From NCBI RefSeq assembly GCF_001194135.2, contig NC_068993.1, positions 63,864,319 through 63,928,318 of the forward strand: a stretch of DNA of 64,000 nucleotides. Direction: 5' to 3'. The DNA comes from Octopus bimaculoides. Its lineage: Eukaryota. The translations under genes and the position numbers were made by a program. Of the stretch, positions 55,926 to 64,000 are shown in pieces; positions within the stretch are counted from its first letter, which is position 1, and each line of letters opens with the position of its first letter. Under the pieces are notes generated by a model. The model was not told the DNA's origin. It did not search any database and saw only the letters and a program-made list of their open reading frames with translations.

Positions 55926-56234
55926 TATATCGTTTCACTCTCTATTAAGGGGAACCCTCGATTTGGCCCAACTCCAAACGATATTCTATATTATCTGTCC
56001 GTCTGACCTTACACGACTGTTGTCTCAAAAATATTAAACTTAATTTATTTTGTGGTAGAGAAAATTTTTGGTTGCTAGGGGTTACGTAGTTTTAGGCGTT
56101 CGGAATTATTCGATGTAAGTAATTTCGTTATAACAAGACACTTTGTTTTTTCAATAGGATTACGCTCAGGATTGAAACAAATTTCACGTCATTGAAAACA
56201 TTGGAGACTTCGTTATTAGTTTTGTTAATCTTTA

Positions 56235-56295
<61 letters not shown>

Positions 56296-56617
56296 AGACA
56301 TACGCACACACACTCACACACAGACACACTCACACACACACACATTCACACACACACATTCACACACACAAAAACACACACATATATATACAACTTTCTC
56401 ACATATACACACAGAGAACACATGCGCACATTTACAGGATACTTGACCCTTTTGACGGGGAGAATCAATATCGGAGATTTGGCTGAATGAAGACAAAACC
56501 TGTCAAATGTTCAGAAGGTTATGGCCATCCATTATCTTACATATATTTACTTGCATGACTATCTGAGTTACATGTCTATGTAAACCTACTTGAGCTAAGT
56601 ATTTTTTTTTATTTCAG

Positions 56618-56740
56618 AACTGTTTTGCTTGTGATCACAGGTCATCTCTATTCTTCTCGTTTCTGCTTAAACAGCTTTTCATATAGTGAAGCTGACATTC
56701 ATGGCAATCGAATGTGGCTTACAATAAAAAGTATATTTAG
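56618..56740 (+). CDS. Candidate 123-nt exon, unknown product
   Basis: Strong acceptor TATTTTTTTTTATTTCAG, donor AG|GTACGT, a single open frame TVLLVITGHLYSSRFCLNSFSYSEADIHGNRMWLTIKSIF. Confidence 0.3.
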
Positions 56741-56981
56741 GTACGTTTTACACCCCATTTCATCTGGATTTTCACCCAATGTCAAGCTTTACTGGTGCCA
56801 CGAGCAGATAGTAGAAATTTGGTTGCGATGTTTGAGGCATGACGCGCATTGATAACGGCCGTGCAGTTTTCTCGCTTGCGATGTCCCACAAGAAGGGTCG
56901 TATAAACAAGATTATTCACGGTTCTCACGGAAGTCGTGCAACCGCAGTCTACATTGCAATGCGTGTGTAGGAACATATATA

Positions 56982-57115
56982 TACAAAGTGGGTGTTGAGA
57001 AATTTCTGGCTTTGGGTAAAAGAAAATACAGGAGGATCAGTTAATTGTGATTTTATTCAACATATTCCCCTCTCAGATTCACACACTTAATGCAGCAGCC
57101 TTTCAGTGTTTCAAG
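56982..57115. mobile_element. Mariner-like terminal fragment
   Basis: Starts at TA; CTGGCTTTGGGTAAAAGAAAATACAGGAGGATCAGTTAATT..TTTTATTCAACATATTCCCC, recalled as a mariner TIR/subterminal region. Confidence 0.6.
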
Positions 57116-58121
57116 ACAAACATCGAAGGTTTTGACATTCTCACAGTACGTGTATGTTAATTTGGAAGTACAGATTGCTTTCCTCCTGTCTCTGTTTCTT
57201 TCTCTCTCCATCTACAGATATATGGGTGTGCATAAGTGAGTACAACTTCGTGTATTTGCGTGAATATATCTTTTAGGAAACAGACAGCAAGAAGGCAGCA
57301 AACGCCTGGACGGGAGAAACTGTCATTTTCTTCCCACTAATTTCATTAAGTTCACTGACAAAAACGAGCAGCAATCATGAGTTATTAGAAACCCCCACGA
57401 TGGTGAAAGAAGGGAAATTATTCTCAGTTCATCGATGTGACCAGAATGCTTGCATAAAATTGGATTATATTGAAAAAGACCCAAAAGTTCTTTGTTGGCA
57501 ATAAACTGGGCAAAGAATAAAATCAAGCCAACAAGAGCAGGAATGTTCCTTTACTCAAAAAAAGAAAAGAAGATTCTGTCGGAAACAATTTCACTTACAA
57601 ATATCTGGTTGGGCTCAAAGCCTCGCAATCGTTAAGAATATAAATGTCTGCGTCCGTTAATGTACCCCATTGTTAAAAGAAAATACCAACAGTTTTGTCT
57701 GAGTTGTGAGGGCTATGATATTTCATAAAATTCAGGAAGTTTTCTTCGAATGTTTCCATTGCTCCAGGGAATATAATTATTGTTTTCTTTCTAGCTAGAA
57801 AGGAAAAAAAAAAGAATTAATAAAAGTCTGTGATTCAGAAATTAATGGGAAGTTAAGTAAATTCATTCAAGTTTCAGGAGCAAAACGGATTAATGTTTCG
57901 CTACGATATATTAATAAATACAACAACAACAATAATAATTTTAATAGATCATTAATGATAAAAATAATAGTTCGAGTTCAATATTACAAAGTAGAAAAAA
58001 AAACAAAAAACAAGCAGAACAAGGAAATAAAAATAGTTATTATTTCGGAAATAAAATTTCACTAGAGAGAATGCTTTGTATTAATCGAACAGTCAGTGAA
58101 CACGAACCATCACCCCTCACA

Positions 58122-58161
<40 letters not shown>

Positions 58162-58449
58162 NNNNNNNNNNNNNNNNNNNNNNNNNNNNNNNNNNNNNNN
58201 NNNNNNNNNNNNNNNNNNNNNNNNNNNNNNNNNNNNNNNNNNNNNNNNNNNNNNNNNNNNNNNNNNNNNNNNNNNNNNNNNNNNNNNNNNNNNNNNNNNN
58301 NNNNNNNNNNNNNNNNNNNNNNNNNNNNNNNNNNNNNNNNNNNNNNNNNNNNNNNNNNNNNNNNNNNNNNNNNNATATATATATATATATATATAGCGTT
58401 GGTTTAAGTTAGCAATCTGAATATACTACTCTTTAAAACCCTTCTAAAT

Positions 58450-58715
58450 TGTGGTATTCTCTCGGGAAAGCATCTCCTAGACCCCCTTCTGTCACGAAAA
58501 TCCCCTCTGAGGCACATGCCTGGCATGTTTGTTTGTGGAAGACCAGCAGTCACCCATGTACACCAATCTCTCCTCTTCACATCACCGATGTCTTCAAAAG
58601 ACCGACACAGATTGGCACCAGTGAAGATGCAACCCATTTCTGCAGCTGATTGAACTGGAGCAACGTGGAATGAAATGCCTTGCTCAAGAACACAACACAA
58701 AGCCTGGTTCAGACA
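58450..58715 (-). mobile_element. SINE body related to 33585-33797
   Basis: GAACTGGAGCAACGTGGAATGAAATGCCTTGCTCAAGAACACAAC. Confidence 0.7.
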
Positions 58716-59490
58716 ATGTCTAACAGAGTGTAAGGCTGCTTGTTTCCGATATTCACTGGCAAAGCCCAGCTGATTTGGTTTAGTAATTTAGTCGGAAGTT
58801 TAGTTTTGATATTTTGAATCAGAATTTAGGTTACTAGTCGCCTGTTTTACCTATAGAGACGAGTCTTAATCTATCGCCCTGTTTACGCATGTACATAGCG
58901 TCGCAGAATAGAACGCGTCACAACCATTCCGCAAATAAAAGATGTTAAATTGTATTGAACCTGGTCCATTATTTGATCAAGTGTTTCTGATGGCCTACTA
59001 TGACATCGACAGGGCCTCGAGAAAATTCAGATTTGATAGCACTCAGTTTTGAAAGCGAAGAATTCTGTCACGTATACAAACCAGTGTAAACGGACGGAGG
59101 TGTGATCGTTGTTTCTTGTTGTTTCATCCATGAAATCTGATATTATTCTCCTTTCTTCTCTGTCTATGTCAGCAATGTTGATCACTACTCCTTAAGCGGA
59201 CTTCAACTTGCTAAAACTTGAGGCAAACCACTTGCAGTGTTATTGATATTTCATATCTCGTTTCACATGTGTTCTAGAGTTCCTACTTCCAGAGTGCTGA
59301 TTGAGTGCCCCTAATGCGAAGCAGGCAAACTTACATTTATATTCCTTTTGATGGTAGATATTGCTATCATAGCTCTAAGTTCTCTTAGAATTTATGCGCT
59401 TTCCAGTATAGTTTTGGTCATATGTGAGAATACAATATACTAAGCGTCTACAAGAGCGATGCGACCATATTGGCAATATAAAGAAACAGT

Positions 59491-59698
59491 TAAGGCGACA
59501 GAATGGTTACCACGCCGGCCAATATACTAAGCAGCATTTCGTCCGACTTTACGCTCTGAGTCCAAATGCCACCGAGTCAACTTTGCCTTTCATCATTTCG
59601 AGATCGATAAAATGAGTACCAGTTGAGCACTGAGGTCGATGTATTAACTTAGTCCTTTCCGCCGAAATTTCGGTCCTTGTGCCAAAATTTGAAACTAA
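59491..59698 (+). mobile_element. SINE, same family as 20285
   Basis: AACTTTGCCTTTCATCATTTCGAGATCGATAAAATGAGTACCAGTTGAGCACTG...CCAAAATTTGAAAC. Confidence 0.88.
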
Positions 59699-59918
59699 TA
59701 TAAGGATACAATACTTGGGTTTCAACCTATGCAGATCTGGTGATAACAACGAAAAATAATATTTTTTATACAGTATAAATAAATAACATATGTATGAATA
59801 TTATTTTTCAAAAACTAAACAAAAAATTATATATATATACATATTGGCAACGATATCAAAACTGTACATTATGTATTCCCATTCACATCACGTGTTGTGT
59901 GTGTGTGCGTATTTGTGG

Positions 59919-59951
<33 letters not shown>

Positions 59952-60844
59952 TGTGCGTGTGCGTGTAGATGACTTTTTGTTTCGTTCATATCTTAATTTC
60001 TATCTCTAGATTAGTCAACTTGTATAAATCCAACGACAATGAACGGTTAATATCGGAATGTTTATCAACTGTAAATAGGTATTTATGTTATATCAATCTC
60101 TTTATCTCTCCCTCACACTCTCCACACACACTCTCTCCCCACCGCGCTTTCTCATCCATTCTCTCTTAAAATACTTAAATCAATAAATAATATTGAGTCT
60201 GTCATTTATTTCGCCATCACTTATTTTTTTATTGATAATTCTTACTGAGCCATTATCAAATCATCGATAGTTGCTTTTTTATTATTTTTCTTTAATTTAA
60301 TATTATTGGCAAAGAATACAGATTCTATGCATTTATATATGTCTAAAACAATACATTTATTTAAGTCCTCTAATAATTTAAGCGGCCAGACAAATAATAG
60401 ACGAACATTTATTTTCAGTGTTGTTCCCGCTGTCTATGACTAAATAAAACCTTATCTCGAATCAACGAGGAAGTCTTTATGTAGTCGCTTGACTTGCTAA
60501 AAGTAACGACCAAAATCTCACTCATATGACACTTCAATATTTGTAAACGACTAGCACATTTTGGAAAATCAATCCCAGATGCGCATTGAAAGTTGGGACA
60601 GATAGCAACTAGAATGCCTTACATTGCTTCTCTTCTTCCTCCTAATCTTCTTCCTCCTCCTCCTTCTCCTCTTCCTCCTCCTCCTCCTCCTCNNNNNNNN
60701 NNNNNNNNNNNNNNNNNNNNNNNNNNNNNNNNNNNNNNNNNNNNNNNNNNNNNNCCTTCACTCTCTCTCATCTCTGTATGTATGTATGTATGTATGTATG
60801 AATGTATGTATATATATGACATTGTGTCACTTATAAATTCCCGT

Positions 60845-61395
60845 CTAATAAATTGTAACAAAATATGCACGATAATCGATAATCGATATAGCTTGTCCTG
60901 GTGACAGCAGGATCGAAGAGAAAGAAGAAAAAGTGAACATGTACGACGATTTGAAGTGCGAAATACGAAGGATGTGGTAAATGAAGAGAGTAGACATTGT
61001 TATATCTCAAGCTACTGCTTTCTAGCATCTTTGGATGATCTCTGCTCGACTGCTACACGACGACTACTCAACTGTCAGTCCACCGTCACTCAACTCCTCT
61101 ACCACGGTCAGACTACCTCTATTTATATGTCTTGGTCGAACCTACTTCTTCGCTTGGGGGCGTCGACACAACAGACATGATACCAATAATAATTAACGCG
61201 CTTGCAAGTGTCAGTGTTCAACTACCAACATGGTGCAAAAAGATTGGTACAACAAAAGTCATCATTGCTCGGAACTGCAATAACTCTTTGCAGGTTTCTT
61301 GAAGCATGATCAGTAAACAAGTGTCACCTTAGTCTACTGACTGAGAGAAGCTGAGTGAGAGAGCAATGCATGCCATCAAAGTGACACTGGGGTTG
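60845..61395 (+). mobile_element. RLE-type LINE C-terminus and 3' UTR, interrupted by a solo LTR
   Basis: IDIACPGDSRIEEKEEKVNMYDDLKCEIRRMW*MKRVD|MIPIIINALASVSVQLPTWCKKIG / QQKSSLLGTAITLCRFLEA*. Confidence 0.88.
60998..61173 (-). mobile_element. Solo LTR (176 bp) with 5-bp TSD GACAT
   Basis: Termini TGTTAT...ACAACA; GACAT at 60993-60997 and 61174-61178; TATAAATA on the minus strand. Confidence 0.85.
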
Positions 61396-63522
61396 TATAT
61401 ACATATATATATATAACGACGGAGCATAATATTTTCCTTTTAGTTTATAGAGGAAGTTTGAACATTTCGCCTTTTCTGGTGTGCTTTGTGCTTACTCGAT
61501 TGTTATTTTACACGATAACGTGTTTAAAAGTTACGTTCACTTGTTGAACTAACCAAGTGATTCTCTATTAACTTGTCCGGATCTGCAAGATATAACAACC
61601 AATCCTATGACAAATCACAGACGTTTACATCTTGGAAAGGAAGATCACTATGTATAACGTAATGATAGATATGCTGCATCAAACAAAATAAGAAAGGTGT
61701 GGTTGTCCTGTATGGAACATCAATTAATATTTTTTAATGAGTTACAAAAATAAAAAAAAATGGTAGTCGTTTTATAACAGCTAGTTTGCTTAAAACCCAC
61801 ATCAGATGTCCCATGTGATTTGCCAAACACATTGATGTGAACAATAAGTCTAAAACATGACCACAGTTGTCTCCCCTGCTTACAAAATAACCAAAATATC
61901 AATAATCATTGACAAATAACTTTTACTTGGATGCATAATTTTATTAGTTGCTTAGTCGATGTTTCTGGCATTAAATATGATCTTATGATTAATTTTCTTT
62001 ATAAATTCAAGGCAATGAAATTTTGAAATTCACGGTAAAACAATAGACCGTCGACTTGAATTATTTCTTATAATATTTTGGCTCGATAAAAAGTAATTAA
62101 AATCATTTAGTTATATACATATACCTGAGAATGCTTCATGCAAATATACTACACTATTAACTATAAATATGATAAAATTAACTTAATTATCTTTCTGTGT
62201 ACGAATCGTGTCTGAGAGTAATCTACTATTTCAACTTTTCTGGGTTTCTATGCCAACATTTACTTACTGATCCCCTAGTTATTATCTCGGAATGTACGAC
62301 CAAGTCAATATTTCACTGAGGAGGGCGAATAATTTCGAAGTATGTCCAGAGGTGTTTTTAGTACTTGCCGAAAGAATCAATAATATTAGTCAATAACTAA
62401 TATTGATTTTTTCCCCTACCACCTAGTTATTTCGAAATAACTTTTCATTACTCTCTGTATTGAATAGATTAACGCAATACTAATTAAACTTTAAACAGGT
62501 GAACACTAATTTAACTAAGCATTAAATATGTGAACACTGGCTTAAGCTGGTGATGTCGCTTGAAACCACAATGTGTTAAGTAATGGGAGTAAATTTTCCT
62601 AAAAAATAAAAATAGAGAGAGATATTGAACTGTATATTGTGAAGTGCTATTTGTGTAGGAAGAACTTGCTTAGAATTCTATTTGCGTAAACAATATCAGC
62701 AAACGGCTTATATAGATTCCATAACTTAGCAAACACAAGCATCCTTCGCAAGTTATCTAAATAGGTTACGAGTGATTATGTTAGTGATTATCATAGTGAT
62801 GAAAGGATGATATTAAAGAGGATGATGATGACAATGATGATGAAGACAATGATGATGCTAATGGTGATTATATTGAAGTGATTCCTCGTATGAACTTGCT
62901 AACAATTGAGACATTAAGAGTGATTCACCAATGGTAAATAGGTGTGTTATGTACCATTCATTCTATTTTGAAGTATTTTAACAGCACACACATGAAATAA
63001 GGTGAGACAAAACAGAATTTATATTCTGTTTTAGGAGACTCAGTGCACCTGTATTGTCGGAATTAAATAGACATAGGTATATAGAGTGAGAAAGAGGAAG
63101 AGAAAGAGAGCGAAAGAAAGAGAGTGAGAGAGGGAGGGAAAGAAAGTCAAACATGCATAGGGAATCAGGGAAAGAACGAGAAGGAGAGAGAGAGTGAAAG
63201 ACAGCGGGGAAGAGAAAGAGTCTGAAATAGAGAAAAGCATAAAGGGAGAGCTTGCGGAAGAGGAGAGAGATAGAAAGAGACAAAGAAGGAAAGAGAGGGG
63301 GAGGGGGGAAATGCGTAAAAGAAAGAGTAGCGTAAAGATGGAACTAACGAAGGAGAAGGAGAAGAGATAGGAAGAGAAGAGAAGGAATAAATATTTTCAA
63401 TGACAGTGAAAATAAACATCAATGTCATATGTAGAGATTTGGAAGTAAATTTCAAGATTTAACAACATGGTATGGGAATAAAATAGATGTATGGCAAAGT
63501 AGAGCAGAATACGGATGTTAGA

Positions 63523-63624
63523 GAAGAAGAAGAAGAAGAAGAAGAAGAAGAAGAAGAAGAAGAAGAAGAAGAAGAAGAAGAAGAAGAAGAAGAAGAAGAA
63601 GAAGAAGAAGAAGAAGAAGAAGAA
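63523..63624. repeat. (GAA)n microsatellite
   Basis: Pure run; source of the poly-E and poly-S ORFs. Confidence 0.98.
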
Positions 63625-64000
63625 ACAAGCTTGTCGTCAGCGCTAAAGGTTAGCATAGTTTTCATAAAAGTTCGTTTACTGAAGCGAAAACAAGTTTTCA
63701 TGAATATACACAGTGTTTCTATACTTACAAGGATCGATACAGAGAACAAAAAATAAAAAATAAAGAATAGAACGAAAATAAAAGAAAATCACTCTAGAAA
63801 ACCAATAGACAAATAAACAAAATGACTCACTCCGAAACAATGTTTACATAATCATCATCGTCATTATATATGTGTATGTGTGTATGTGTATGTGTGTGTA
63901 AGTGTGTGTGTGAGTTCCTGTGTGTGCCTGTGTGTGCCTGTGTATATACACGTGCATACATATTTATATGTTTACACGTACATATACATACATACATACA

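Noticed and set aside
62310-62390. CTGAGGA...GCC GAAAG hammerhead-like arrangement
   Set aside because: Stem III and the cleavage triplet are absent; possibly a decayed PLE end.
1-64000. Protocadherin, C2H2 zinc-finger, tRNA, rRNA or CRISPR features
   Set aside because: No recognisable domains, cloverleafs or repeat-spacer arrays; tRNA-like boxes belong to SINEs.

Overview
AT-rich, microsatellite-dense eukaryotic DNA with nine N-gaps, most of them flanked by simple repeats. The SINE sequences and repeat landscape resemble coleoid cephalopod (Octopus-like) genomes as I recall them; this is an inference and I ran no search. No intact protein-coding gene is recognisable, and almost all long ORFs in the track are microsatellite or gap artefacts. 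The window is intronic or intergenic and packed with decayed mobile elements: tRNA-type SINEs on both strands, Penelope-like fragments (RT thumb, GIY-YIG, terminal repeat), RTE, CR1/L2-like, L1/Tx1-like and RLE-type (R4/Dong-like) LINE pieces, and mariner remnants. The best-supported structural observation is a 176-bp solo LTR with an exact 5-bp target-site duplication, whose removal restores the reading frame of the LINE it interrupts. Weaker leads are a hammerhead-ribozyme-like core in a Penelope terminus, a perfect 17-bp hairpin, a promoter-like motif cluster near 55.8 kb and several unverified candidate exons or splice signals. I found no convincing evidence of a new biological system.
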